A stretch of 63,779 nt of DNA, the filler included, from Guillardia theta CCMP2712 (lineage: Eukaryota > Protista > Cryptophyta): NCBI RefSeq assembly GCF_000315625.1. It is 7 parts of 7 records of this genome, joined end to end, with 100 filler letters (N's around TTAATTAATTAA, not from the genome) between each part and the next. Parts side by side here need not be neighbours in the genome. Positions count along the whole stretch, not along the records: positions 16,958 to 25,803 come from NW_005434259.1; positions 25,904 to 41,819 come from NW_005434657.1; 5 more parts are not named here. The stretch is one strand, 5' to 3'. Shown in pieces: positions 22,151 to 35,049 of this stretch. Position numbers and translations under genes: made by a program. Numbering within the stretch: the stretch's first letter is position 1; the number at the start of each line of letters is the position of its first letter. The notes below the pieces were generated by a model. The model had not been told where the DNA came from. It saw nothing but the letters and a program-made list of their open reading frames with translations, and searched no databases.

Positions 22151-24782
22151 ATGCCATCGCAAGTCAGCTTTGATGGCCATTATGGCCTTCACAGGCGTGG
22201 CTGGCCCTCCGAAGCTCAATCATGATGCATCGCCAATACGATATCAAATATCAAAATAAAAAATATCAATGTTGAAAGTTTCCCGCCACTGTGAACTCTG
22301 CGAAGCCGTACAGATATGAGGATGTGCAGCGTTTGACAGAGCAAGACAAGTCAGGTGAGCATTATCTCTTTTTTTCATCGAAATTATCACGGGAAGAGAT
22401 CCAAATGACGTGTTCTTGATGCAGGTTGGAATGATTTGCAGCCTTTGGCAACTTGTATGAGATTGATGAACGGGTGAAGACTTTGGCAAGTGCCCAACCA
22501 ATATTACAAACCGGTATCCAGGAGTACGTAGACGTACCAGTAAGCCGCCCAGCATACAAAACTCTCGAGACAATGGCTGCATACGAAGGGGTTTTCGACA
22601 CATCGCAGAACTGTCCCGATGTGAAAAGGTTGTGACATGAAATGGGCACAAACAAAGATAAGTTCAGGACTCGGGAGTCGATCAGGTCTAGGCAAAATAT
22701 TGACATGGTCATCTCACTGCATGGAAGAACATGCAAAACTGAAGGAAAAGCTCAACGGAAAGTTCTAAATGAACAGATACAGCGCATTTTAGCAGTCACG
22801 GTCGGAGCAGCTCGATGCTTGAAACAAAGATGATCCTCAGTACAATCGAATGATGACAAGTAAGTCCCGTGGTTCGTGAAGGATTCTTCATCCAATTCTT
22901 AAGGATGTGTTGGAACGATGAAACATTTTGCAAATCACCAATTTCATCACACTGACTGATGCATCATGTAAATATTACTGGTGTGAACTTGCATCAGATT
23001 CTGTTCATCGGATGAGCCGCTACCAAGCAGTTGATGTCACAGCAAACAAGAGAGCCGTTTTGAAGATGTTGATATTCCTGACCGTAGAGCATTCAAGATG
23101 TGGCCACATGTCACATGCTTCTTGGTTAACGCAGATACACCCTCGCCAGGCAAAAGATGGAACGTCTTCAGGATTACAGGGAGGTCGGTTGTGCTTGTAC
23201 CCTGATTGTAACTCTTCTAATAAAGATATGATAACCTGAATGTGCAATTCTGTTTGTTGATTCACAGTGTTTGCGACTCGATTGCAATCATCGAGTGCTT
23301 GCTCTGTTGAACAAGGCACTCCTCTGTAGAGCCATGCGACAAGAACACTACAGTTGCACGGTAGCATTGCGACACCAAGACAGGATTGATCCGATGAACG
23401 TCTCATTTATTGATACGCAAAGGCATCACCTGCACATTGCTTCATTTCTGACTAGGTTTCTGTGCAATCGAAATCCTTGTGAAAATATCATGACAGAGGA
23501 AAAATTTGAAGCGAAACGGAAAAATCATCGAAATATGATCATAGATATAGTGATTCATGATCAACAACGGTTCTCTACAGTCATCTATGCGGGCAGGAAC
23601 AGTCATCTTCTGTGCAAACGTCTCTTCATGTATCGTTGAACGGTTGAGTGCATGTAAGACTTGCCTCCATAGAAAGGTGAAGTGCATGAATCCTGACTGT
23701 AAGACTAGAAGAATTGAAAGCAAGTGATGACATGAGAACACATATCTAGACAGAAAAGTCGCTCAAGGTACAGCTGGATACAAATTTCTCACAAATCACA
23801 GTCATGCATTTGAGCGCAACGTGCAACCTACGGCAATTTGAATAAAGGGTCAATCAGAGTTGATTCTGTTCAATGGTGTATCGATTATCAATTCCTTACC
23901 TGATCATAAAAATTTCATCTTGTCTTCGAAGAATATTTGCAAGTACACCCGCGGATTGTTTGTACCTAGGGTGCTTATTCCAGTACACGATGGATGATTC
24001 AAACCTTGGCCCAACCTGTAGAGTTGAGAAAGAAGCTCGATCATCTCTTACAGGTATGATATGAGATCTTCATCTCATTTCTATCTCAGTTGGGTTGGAT
24101 TCAAAGTCTCTCAATATCAAAGTTCATCCTGGTGAGTCAGGAAGGCACCATTTCATCGCTTCTTGCTCGTCCAGGGAGAGGGGGCTTGGGGAATGAGAAA
24201 TGGGTGTTACCCCCACCCCCTATTGTAGAGTTTCAAACTGTTTCAAAGGTGGGTAGTTGAGGGTGCTCCATACCCACCCCACCACCCAAAATGACTCAAA
24301 CGGAGGGGTTCTCGGATCCGAAGGAATCCCGCCTCCATCACCCCCTCTCATTTGAATTCAAGATGGTTCAGGCCGACCCCACATACAGGCTTGCAGTTTT
24401 CTTATGTATGCCCATATGATTTGATCGGACAGGCCCCAGGTTCAAGGGATGAAGCAATTCACCAGCATGCTTGAAGATTTTTCATGGGAGTGGGGTTATA
24501 CTTGTACCGGATGTGTACAATACATAGGGGAGAACCCCGAATGGTACCAAAAGAGTACCAAAGTCACATGGTTCGGACTGTACTAACTGGTACCAAGAAA
24601 TTGTACTCAAGAAGACATAGCCCTGAAAAAGTTCTGCTTGGCTCTTCGTGATTTGAATTCGGAACACGGTCGGAAGACCCACCCCGCCCCCACATGAGGC
24701 GTGGTATGCGTGGATTTGAATCTACCACCCTCACCGCGAAACGTTTTAGAGCTCCAAGGTCAATTGAGAAAGGCAACGCTAT

Positions 24783-25559
24783 GACATGTCACGGGCCTGC
24801 TGACACGGTCCGCTGACCGGTCACGGCCGCCCGGAGAGATCAGGCCCCCGGCCAATCTCCGGACACTTAGCCTCCTGGCGGGCCTCCAGGGGGTCTGAGG
24901 CGGGGCTGAAGGCTGCAGTCGGTCTACTGACGGGCCCGGCCGGCAGGATCCGTCGAGAAACAGGGGGGTCAAGGGAGGTTTTCTTCCCCCTGGGAGAAAT
25001 GTCCTATGGGTTTTTGGATCTGCGATATAAAAAAGTCTTGTCTCGGTCACGTGATGTGTCACGTGACCGGTCAGGTGAGCCTGTCAGCCGGGTCACGGCC
25101 CCTGTCAGCCGGCTGACATGTCACGGGCCTGCTGACACGGTCCGCTGACCGGTCACGGCCGCCCGGAGAGATCAGGCCCCCGGCCAATCTCCGGACACTT
25201 AGCCTCCTGGCGGGCCTCCAGGGGGTCTGAGGCGGGGCTGAAGGCTGCAGTCGGTCTACTGACGGGCCCGGCCGGCAGGATCCGTCGAGAAACAGGGGGG
25301 TCAAGGGAGGTTTTCTTCCCCCTGGGAGAAATGTCCTATGGGTTTTTGGATCTGCGATATAAAAAAGTCTTGTCTCGGTCACGTGATGTGTCACGTGACC
25401 GGTCAGGTGAGCCTGTCAGCCGGGTCACGGCCCCTGTCAGCCGGCTGACATGTCACGGGCCTGCTGACACGGTCCGCTGACCGGTCACGGCCGCCCGGAG
25501 AGATCAGGCCCCCGGCCAATCTCCGGACACTTAGCCTCCTGGCGGGCCTCCAGGGGGTC
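24783..25559. repeat. 332-bp GC-rich tandem satellite, right block (about 2.3 units)
   Basis: Same unit and orientation as 17154-18444. Confidence 0.95.
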
Positions 25560-26271
25560 GTGTAGGGGGTGGCGTGGAGACCTGTTTCAAACGATTTCAA
25601 ACTGGTTTCGAAATTAAAGTTTATAAGTCGATTCTTGTTTCGGCCAAAACTATTTTAGTTTGTACTTGGGGATTGTTAAGTATAATCTGGGCAGCGACAG
25701 CCATGGCGGACCGCTCGGAGCATCGAGCATCAACAAGAAATGCAGCGCAATTGGGTGTGGCGAAAAGAAGGAAGATGGAAGCGAATGAAAATGATGCAAT
25801 TGANNNNNNNNNNNNNNNNNNNNNNNNNNNNNNNNNNNNNNNNNNNNTTAATTAATTAANNNNNNNNNNNNNNNNNNNNNNNNNNNNNNNNNNNNNNNNN
25901 NNNTGGTACGATCCCGCAGAAAACGACTTGAGGTGCATCTTGACTGATGTCTAGGCCCGTCCTCTAACTGACTCCTCTTCCTTTCTCTTCCTCCTCGTGT
26001 CAGGCTCTTCCTCCCTTGACCCGCTCCTCTTCGCTCCAGCCGCCTCCCTCCCCTCGCTCACTGACGGTGCTCGTTGATGAGTCCCAAGAATTCAAAAAGG
26101 CGTGCAAAACGCCGGGATCAACTCCTTTACTCAAAGTTAAGTTAAAAATCAATACGAGGACAATCAAGAAGGGGGAGAGGAGAGGAGGAGGGGGTGGAGG
26201 AGTGGGGGGAGGAAGAGGGGGAGAGGAGGAGCAGGGGGAGCAGGGGGAGCAGGAGGAGCAGGGGGAGCAGG

Positions 26272-27184
26272 ACCTGAGTATTCCAGTACGGAAGGTCGTC
26301 GGCGTAAGAGTCGGAGTTGTAGAGGAATCCCCCCTCCTCCACCACCAGCTTGAGCGTGTTCTCGTTGGGCTTCCCCTGTCAAAACCTCGCCATCAGCCAC
26401 GTCGTCACCGCTCCCTGTCAACCTGGTAGATCCCGAGGGGACGCTGCCCGATGGTCTTCTGCTGGACCTCGACAGCAAGCTTGATGTGTTCCTTCTCGGT
26501 CGCTTCGTCGACGTACTGGTAGTCCCACCAGCTGATCGTCGAGGGGCGCCGGACAACATGCAAGGCTCCACTCAGTGCCTAGCCGTGGCTGACATGTGCT
26601 CACCGATAGCCGTGCGAGGCGACCTCCCAGCCCGCCTCCACCATGGCTTGCGCGGCTTCAGGGTTGCGCTCCAGCGCAAGGGCGCAGGCGTATACCGTGC
26701 AAGGGATGCTCCGCTCTGTGAACATCCGGAACAGTCTCCAGAACCCAGCACGGGAGCCATACTCGTACATGGACTCCATGTTGACATGCCGCACCCCCTT
26801 GTACGGCTGAGCTCCGACGATCTCGCTGAGGAGATGCTCTGACTGACCGTCGCCGTCCAAGACACAGTTCTCTGATCCCTGTGGTGGTTGGATCACTGGA
26901 GGAAGAAGGGAGGAGGGGGTGACAAGAGGGGCTAGAGAGAGCAAAGAGCCGATAACTTCACCTCCTCGTAGTTGATCACAAGCTGAACTGCAACCCGAGC
27001 GCCTCCCGGCCACTTGGGATCTGGTGGGTAGCGACCGTAGCCGACCAGGTCTCTCTTGTAGTGAGGAGCCTTGGGGCGACTCGTCCCGGTGGGAGGAGCA
27101 TACATCTGAGGGTCATGCGGCTAGAGGAAGAGCTACGTGAGGGGTGCGGCAGCGGAGAAGAGAGCTCACCTTGTCTTGGGACAT
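26272..27184 (-). CDS. puuE: PuuE-type allantoinase / polysaccharide deacetylase family; 3' end probably lost in the gap
   Basis: Spliced exons RDLVGYG..PDPKWPGGARVAVQLVINYEEG, SENCVLDGD, MESMYEYGSRAGFWRL, EVASHGYR, WWDYQ and GFLYNSDSYADDLPYW. Confidence 0.88.
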
Positions 27185-27822
27185 AGATGCCTGTTGTCGC
27201 ACTGCGAAGGCGCAAAGAGAGTGATTAGAAGGGAGACAAGAGAAGGAGGCTCGTGAGGGAGTCCCGCAAGGGTTTTCAGGTGGAGCGTGCTGATGAGTTG
27301 AAGATATGTAGAGTCGAGATCCCGAAAAGGGCGGATCTCGATTTGTCTAGGTGGGGGGGGAGGGGGAAGCAAAGGGGGGCAGCGGGCAGCAGCAGGCAAC
27401 TAAGTTCTAGGACGAGAGCCAATCTCTCTGCTGCGTTTGTTTGACCATGGCTTCCTTCATCCGTTGAATGGGGAGATTTCGTGATACCATCGTGAGGAGG
27501 ATTTGACGGTGTATTTCTGATTTTCTAAGACCAGAAGGAGATGATTCTGTTCCAGCACTAGCTAGAGTTGGTCTAATCCTCTCTAAGAAGCTAGTCAACT
27601 TCTCCTCCTCCTCCTACTCCTCCTCGTCATCGTCGTCCTTCCTCCGTCTTCCTCCCTTTCCTCCTCCTCGCGCTTCCTACGTACCCCGACACATAAGGTA
27701 CTGGTTGTCAGTCTGGGTGCTGCCCTGGAATCCCGTGTCGCTACAAGGCATTTGACTAGGTGCATCACCCGAAATAGACTTTCCTGCTGCCATGGCGGCG
27801 GGGACGAACATGACGGTTGTAT

Positions 27823-30753
27823 GGGGAGCGACGAGGAGCTGAGGAGTTGAGTCGCGGTGCGCTTGCGAGCATGCAGGAGCTGAGCCAGTGGCACGAGCGA
27901 GTCAGACCCGAGCGGGTTGACGAGCAGAGCTCGAGAGGACGCCTAGTCTCGTTCCGCCGTCTGTTCGTAGTGCTGGTCTGTGCGACTGTACTTGTCCTAG
28001 CATGTTGGAGCGCCTCGCGCCGGCATGAGACTCCAGGGCATGAAGATTTTCTGCTGCAGAAAGGCAGACTGAAGCACTACGTGCAGCTGAAGGAGAGGCT
28101 GCTGAGGAGTGTTGTGGGCAAAAGGGACAACATAAGAGCAGCGATGCTGGTAAAGTCGCAGATTCTAGCTGATCTCCTTGGGAGATCCAGGAATGGTGAT
28201 ACAGGAGGGGATGATGATGATGTGCGCTGGAGTTCGGAGGCTGCGGCAGGGATACATGAGAAGGCAAGAATCCTCAATGACGTACTTGAGAGGCAAATTT
28301 TCGACCTCGACTCTCCACAAAATTCGAAGGATTCAGAGACTGCAGACATCAACAGCGAGATTGCAGACGTGAAACATCTTGCAAGCAAACAGCATGTTCC
28401 TCTGCCTCCCCTCGTTCCAGACAGCAAGCGCGTGGCGGGGGAAGGGATGTTGGTAGCAAGGATAGAGGGTGAGGCTGTGGATATTCTTACCGGCAGGACG
28501 GTTTCAAACGTCGTTGTACAGCTGGTAGGGGAGAATGACAGTCTGCAGCCCACGGAGATTGAGAAGGAAAGCTCGCTTGTCTGTGCTTGTGATGTTGGTT
28601 GTGACTGTGCCCCACCAGATCGAGAAGGACCAGCCGCTTCACTCGGGGATCTCGAGGGCACTGAGCTCAATCGCAAAGGGATTTCAGGTTGTCGGGATGA
28701 CGGCGGCGATTGAGGGGCGGTCGGATTCTCCTGTGCCGGCTCTCTACTCCACCATGACAGACCAGGACGGCAAGTTTGTCCTCGTCGGAGCTCCAGCAAT
28801 CTACAGCGTGAGACGCGCTGCTGATAAGCAAGAGAGGAGGTGATGATTCCTTTGTTGTGAAATCAGGTCTTTGGGGAGAAGGATGGGTACGATCCAGCGG
28901 AGAGCCAGGAGCACACGGCGATACCTGGCTATCCCGTGAGAATCCGCCTGCTCATGAACCCCTACCTTCGTGAGTCTCATGGAGACTGTACGAGTGTCCT
29001 GTCTCTGAGTTTCCTTCAGCCGTAGGAGAAATCCGATTCGTCTTGGCGTGGGGGAAGAGATGGTGGAACCCTCGCGCTCCGCTCGTCGATCTTGAGCTTC
29101 AGATCCTCACGTGAGTGAACACATTCTGCGCTCCTTCTTCTCCTCATCGGGCCCGGTCGCAGTCCGGGAGGATGCCGAGTACGACTGGGCCTGCCTGCGG
29201 GTCAGAACGAGCCGGATCTGGGACGAGACCTCAACCACGTGAGAGCTGGAGGAGAGTTGGGTCAACGGGATGACTGGTGGACGACCAGGTGTGCGATGAG
29301 GAGAAGAAGAGGGAAGACGTGGAGGCAGATGACGTTGACGATGGCGGCCCGTTAACCATCGCCCTCGAGAACCTTGTGGAAGGGAGATACTGGGTGTCTG
29401 TGGAGCTCAAGGAGAGTGAAGCAGGTGAGGAAGAGTCTGAGAGCGATCAGAGGTGTCAGATAGACGATCGAGCTCGATGCTTCCCTCCTTCCCTCGTCTT
29501 CTCTCCTTGGACCCTCAACTTGACATCCTCCTCCTCCTGCAGGGCCTCTGGACGAGGCGACGATGGAGCTCACTCAGTGCTCAAAGATCATGCAAGAGAA
29601 CTCGATCTCAGTCACGGTGCTGCACTGCTCTTCCTGTCGTCCTCCTCCTTTCCAGCCTCTTACATCCTGCGCCTGTTACTGCTATTCTCCTCCTTTCCAG
29701 CTTGTTCCTCCTTCTCCTCCACAATCCCCTCGACCTCCTTTCCTCGAGCACATGCCTGCTGCCTGCTCATTGGGTCCAGGTCTTCACACATGACGGGGGG
29801 AGCCAACGGCTTGTGGCGTCAAGGGATGGAGACATTTGGAGCAACGGGAAGTGTGTGTGGGAAGTCGTTGCCGTCGACGGCAAGACGATGGTAAGGGCGA
29901 AAGGATGAAGTTGAGGGAAGAACCAGGGAAGGAAAGAGGGGAAGAGGAGGAAAACAAGGATCAGATTTGGACGACAGGATGGGAGGGAGAGCAGTAAGGA
30001 AATGGAGGAGAAGAAGGTGAGGCAGGAGGCGATTCAGTTGAATCTTTTTTCTCAGGAACTGCATCGTGTGTATCCAAAGGGCCACGGGCTGACGAATAAG
30101 TGAAGTGACTAGTCCTCTTTGCTCCTGTTCACGGCTGGCTGCGCAGGAACGGCAAGAGCGCCTACGAGAGGTTCGTCCCAGGATCGGACGGGGAGAGGGG
30201 AAGGAGGGCCCTGCAGGTGCTGTATCCTCTGGACCCTCAGCGGGTTGAGATGGTCCATAGGTGCCCCCGGAGCCGAGGGAGAAGAAGGAGGCTGGTGACT
30301 GGCCAAAGACTCCTCAGAACATTCTGCAGGTGAGGGGAGGGGGGTGTGTGGGAGGCGAAGGAAGGAGGGGAGGAGGAGAGGCGAGGGAGAGGTGAGGGGG
30401 GGTGTTAGGAGGAAGGGGAAGGGGCAGATTATATGAGGAAGAAAATTGTGTAGAGGGAAGGGGCTGGTTGTATCTAATCATCTCCTCCTCTAGAATCCTT
30501 GCGATGGCCCTTACGCGGACTGTCCCGAGGAGGCGCAGCCGGGGCCGTACGAAGACTTTCCGCATGAGGAGGCGGGGGGGGAAGGAGAGGGAGCGAGTTC
30601 GGGTGCGACGTCGAGGGAGAGGAAGAGGAGCAGGAGCTCCAGGATGCACTACTACGCTGGGAAAGAAGCTCAGCATCTCCACTGGCCGCCCATGGCAACG
30701 CAGGGAGGACGGAGTGAGGAGGTCAGATCCCCAGCTGGGGTTGGAGCAGGAGT

Positions 30754-30787
<34 letters not shown>

Positions 30788-31612
30788 AAGCTCGACTATC
30801 GCTCCGATCCCAGCTACGACAAGAGGGACAAGCTTCAGTGGCCTGAGGGTCAGCAAGGAGGGGAGGGAGATTGGAGGAGCAGCGAGGGGGAGGGGAGGAA
30901 CGAGGACGAGGGAAGCAAGCCTGTTCCGTACCTTCACTGGTCAGAGGTAAGTGAAGGAAACCTCCACCTTCATTCTCCTTCTCCTCTTACCTTAGACCGT
31001 GCAGGAGCAGTGGAGTAGACAAACTAGACCTCCTGCGTTGATCCGTCCGCTCTGGACTCCTCTCACTGTATCGTAAAGACGCTCCCCTCCCCTCCCCTCC
31101 CCTCCTCTCCTCTCCTCTCCTCTCCTCTCCTCTCCTCTCCTCTCCTCTCCTCTCCTCTCCTCTCCTCTCCTTTCCTCTCCCTGCTTCTCCTTCCTCACAA
31201 CTTCTTTCGTCCCCAAGTCTACCCCTGCTCAATATTTCTCATGCTGCACTCGTCTTCACAGAATGTTGTGCCGGAGCACAGCATGGCCTTCTACGGGGGC
31301 TCGGGCGCGCTTGCGATCTATCCCTTCAGGGGCATGGCCGAGATGCAGGTGATCTGATATAGTGGAGAAACTAAGGAGTCCTGACTGAATCCCCATCCTC
31401 CACGTCCTCCTCCCTCTCCCCCTTTCCTCCTCCTCTTCCTCTCCCTATCGCTCTCCTCCTGCTCTCCCCTCTCGCTCTACCTGCTCTCTGCTGCTCCTCC
31501 TTCAACTTTCAGGTCTCTGCGACCTTCTGGATGTCCACAGACTCGGTAGCCAAGGCTGGGACCTACTTCTCCTACGTGGCGGGGCCAGTGGAGGAAACGT
31601 TCACCATCCAAG
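27823..31612 (+). CDS. Multi-exon membrane-anchored protein with carboxypeptidase-regulatory-like and YfaP/DUF2135-like segments (may be two genes)
   Basis: TM LFVVLVCATVLVLACW; IEGEAVDILTGRTVSNVVVQL...TDQDGKFVL; IRFVLAWG...DLELQILT...DVDDGGPLTIAL..EGRYWVSVE; many short GT-AG introns. Confidence 0.5.
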
Positions 31613-31940
31613 TGAGAGATTTCCTCCTCCTCCTCNNNNNNNNNNNNNNNNNNNNNNNNNNNNNNNNNNNNNNNNNNNNNNNNNNNNNNNNNNNNNNNNN
31701 NNNNNNNNNNNNNNNNNNNNNNNNNNNNNNNNNNNGACGTCTCAAGTTTCATGATGTTTAATGAATGTTCACAAACCATTCGTACACTCTTCATCCCTCT
31801 CCCCTTCCTCCCACCTCTCCACTTCCTCCTCTTCCCCCTGCTTCCCTTCTTCCATCACCTCCTCCCCTCTTCCTCCTTCACCTCCTACCCTCTCTCCCTG
31901 TCCTCCTCCAGTTCCACACCCCCCTCTCCTCGTCCCCTGT

Positions 31941-33949
31941 TCACTTCGCTTCCTCTCCCTCCCCCTCTGCCTCCCCCTCCTCTCCCTCTCCCTCCCCGTC
32001 TCCCTCCGGCTCGTTCGAGGCCCTCTTGTTCACCCTCAGTCTCCCTTCCTCCAAGTTCCACTCTTCGTTCGCCACCTTCTCCACGAACTCGCGGTTGTGC
32101 GAGATGGTCAGCACGGCCCCTCGGAAACTCTGGATCGCCTTCACCAGCGCCTTGAACGTCTCCTTGTCCAGGAAGTTCGTCGGCTCGTCCAGGCAGATCA
32201 AGTGAGGACGAGTCCACATAGCAGCAGCAAGCACCACCCTGCTCTTCTGCCCTCCTGAGAAACCCTTGATCTTGGACGTCGCCAGCTCCTCCTCGATCCC
32301 GTAGTTCTGCAGGTGGAGCTTGACCTCGGTCTCGTGGAGGGGGCGGAGCTCGACGCCGGACGCCAGCACCTTGAGCTTCTCGTCATAGTTCTTGATCAGC
32401 TTGCTGACGTACGCGTCCTTGCACGCCAGGTTGCTCATGGGTTCCCAGGTCTCATCGTCCCTCCTCCCGGTCCTCTTGACCTGGTAGCACAGCTGCCCTC
32501 CCCGCACGGCCCTCCCTGTGATCTCGCAGATGCTCCCCTCTTCGCCATCATCGCCTTGTCCTCCTCCGTCAGCGCAAACGTCACCATCTTTGCGAGCTCA
32601 TGGTCCCTCCCCTGGAAGAAGCGCTGCTGGATGTAAGTGACGGGGGTAAGGAGCAGGTTCTCCTCCAGGTGGTGCATCGAGTGCTGCGCGATGTAGGAGA
32701 CGCGCAGGTTCTGATGCCTCCAGATCTCTCCTCGGTTGTTCGGGTGGCTAGTAAGCTCCAGGTCCCCGACGAGCAGCTTCAGCAGCGTCGTCTTCCCCGC
32801 CCCGTTCCTCCCCAGCAGCGCAACCCTGCTCGTCATCGACATCTTCAGCGAGATCTCCTTGAGGATCTGCCTGTCCGTCCCCTCGTACTGGAAGCTGGCA
32901 TCTGTGAAGCGGATAATCGGCTTCAGCCTGCTCTTCACCCCCTGGAGCGGGCCGGGATCGGGGAACCGGATCAGGGCCTCGTACTCTCCCGTCAGCTCGG
33001 CGAAGTAGGACTGAGTTCGCCTCTTGGGCAGGGCCGAGATCACTTCCGGGCGCTTCGACGCGAACTCCTTCCATCCTCCCTCATAGTAAGCGAGCTGCAG
33101 GTCTGCGAAATGGATGATATCGCTCGCAACCTTGTCCAGGAACGAGTAGTCGTGGCTGACTATGACGCAGGTCGTGTCTCTCAGCTCGTTGAGGTACTTG
33201 ACAAGCCATCCCACCGAGTCCACGTCGAGATGGTTCGTCGGCTCGTCCAGCAGCAGCAAGTCTGCCTTGCTCAGAATGGCTCCTGCCAGCGCCAGCTTCA
33301 TCCTCCACCCCCCCGAGAGCTCCAGCACCGCCGAGTTCTGCATCTTGTCAGTGAAACCCATCTCGCCGAGGACACGGGAGATCTCTCCCACACTACTCGC
33401 TGAGTTCGCGTCTTTCCCCTGCTGCTCCATGTAGTTCAGCACTGACTGGTTGTCGTTGGCAAGAATCTCATGCCGAACAAAAACACACTTGATGTCGGTC
33501 GGGAAGCCCGCAATGTCCCTCGCCGAGATCCTCGTCATCAGTGTCGTCTTCCCCACACCGTTCTGACCGACGATGCCGTACGTGCGTCCCCTCGCCAACT
33601 TCAAGGAGCACGCGCGAAGGAGCGACTTTCCAGCGTATGCGAGGATGATGCCGTCACACTTCACTAGCCAGTCCACGCTCGTGCTCGCGTTCTGACCTTC
33701 TACTTCACCTCCTCCTCCCAGCGCGAGAGAGAAGATCTCGTCACACAGCTGGTCCAGAGCTGAAGAATCCAGACATCCTTCGATCAGAGGCTCGAGAGCA
33801 TCTTTGATCTCAGGGACGACGACGTCTTTGGGCTCATTCTTGGTGTCCTCCAACACTCCGCTCACGGCTTCAGCTGCATACTCCACAACTTCCTCTGGGA
33901 TCGAGTCAAACTTCGACAGAGCTTTCTTCACGAACACGATAGCGCTCAT
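31941..33949 (-). CDS. eEF3-like / ABC-F ATPase with chromo-like insert in ABC2; one frameshift near 32535
   Basis: ABC1: GQNGVGKTT, LSGGWRMKLALA, LLLDEPTNHLD. ABC2: GRNGAGKTT, WRHQNLRVSYIAQH, CYQVKR..TWEP, FSGGQKSRVVLAAAMWTRPHLICLDEPTNFLD. Split over two overlapping ORFs. Confidence 0.88.
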
Positions 33950-35049
33950 TGATCCAGACTAGTCGGTGCTGAACTTGTGCAAACCACAACAAGAGCGCCT
34001 GTCGTGACGTGTCATTCAAAATTGGCCGGCCGTGCATTTCATGCAATGCATCTAAGACTGCCTTCTTCGTTCTCCTACCCCATCCTAGACATCAATTCAG
34101 ACCTGCAAGTACTATCCTAGCTTGACTTCACGGTTCTCCAATACCCCTCACTATCTTGGCCTCTTCGCCAAGGATATTGCTTACGCTCTGCCACTACCCC
34201 TGCAATCAAACTTTCCTACCTTGACCGTCACCTATGCTCTGCTCATACTCTTGCTCACTTCGTTGCCTTCTGCGCTCTTCTCATTCGTTCTCTCCTCTCC
34301 TCTCCTCTCCTCTCCTCTCCTCTCCTCTCCTCTCCTCTCCTCTCTCCCTTCCATTCTGCATCCGCTGCCCAGACCCTTCCCGCATGTTCCCTGCGGCCTC
34401 ATGCCGTGTTCCAACCCGCCTCAGGTATCTTGGGAAAATATTTCACTTTTAATGGGGGAAAATGTTTTGATAATTTTAAAATTTAAAAGTGAAATTTCCT
34501 ATAGGATCTCATTCATTCGGTCACGTCCACCTGAGAAAATTTTGGAACATAAATGAAATTGTTTTATTAAATTTGAAATATGACCACAAGTCCAAGAATA
34601 CTTTCACCAGCCATCCACCATTGAAGGACAAACCAAAGCGAAAATGGCTGCTGAGTATGGGCAGGTAAAGCCTTCTCGTCCTCGTCTGTCTCTTGTTCTT
34701 CGCTAATTAAACTGCCACCACTCCTTCCCTCTTTCGCTCCTCTTTGCTCTGCTGAATGATAAAACATCCATCTACACCATCACGTCACCTTCAATGCAAT
34801 CGTTTTCATCGTGCTGATACACTCCTCTTCCTTCCCTTTTTCATCTCCATGGTACTCTTCCGAATGATGTTTGTAGCTGCTAGTGACTACTCCCCTCACC
34901 ACCCTTCTCTGCGTATCATTATCTGCTTTGTCTTTGTCGTACATCTTCACTCTCATTCCAACTGTATCCCTCGTAAACCCTTCACTGCCACTCCAACCTC
35001 CCTCTCATTCATTTACCCTTCACGCTCCCCGCCATCCCTCTCCTTCCCT

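Larger units (their letters stand above)
18445..24782. mobile_element. Putative non-autonomous DNA transposon (about 6.3 kb) with short TIRs ATAGCGTTGCC...GGCAACGCTAT and apparent 3-bp TSD (GAC), inserted in the 332-bp satellite
   Basis: Satellite ...GGCTGAC|ATAGCGTTGCCGTTC ... GAAAGGCAACGCTAT|GACATGTCACG...; the satellite resumes in register across the insert. Confidence 0.75.
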
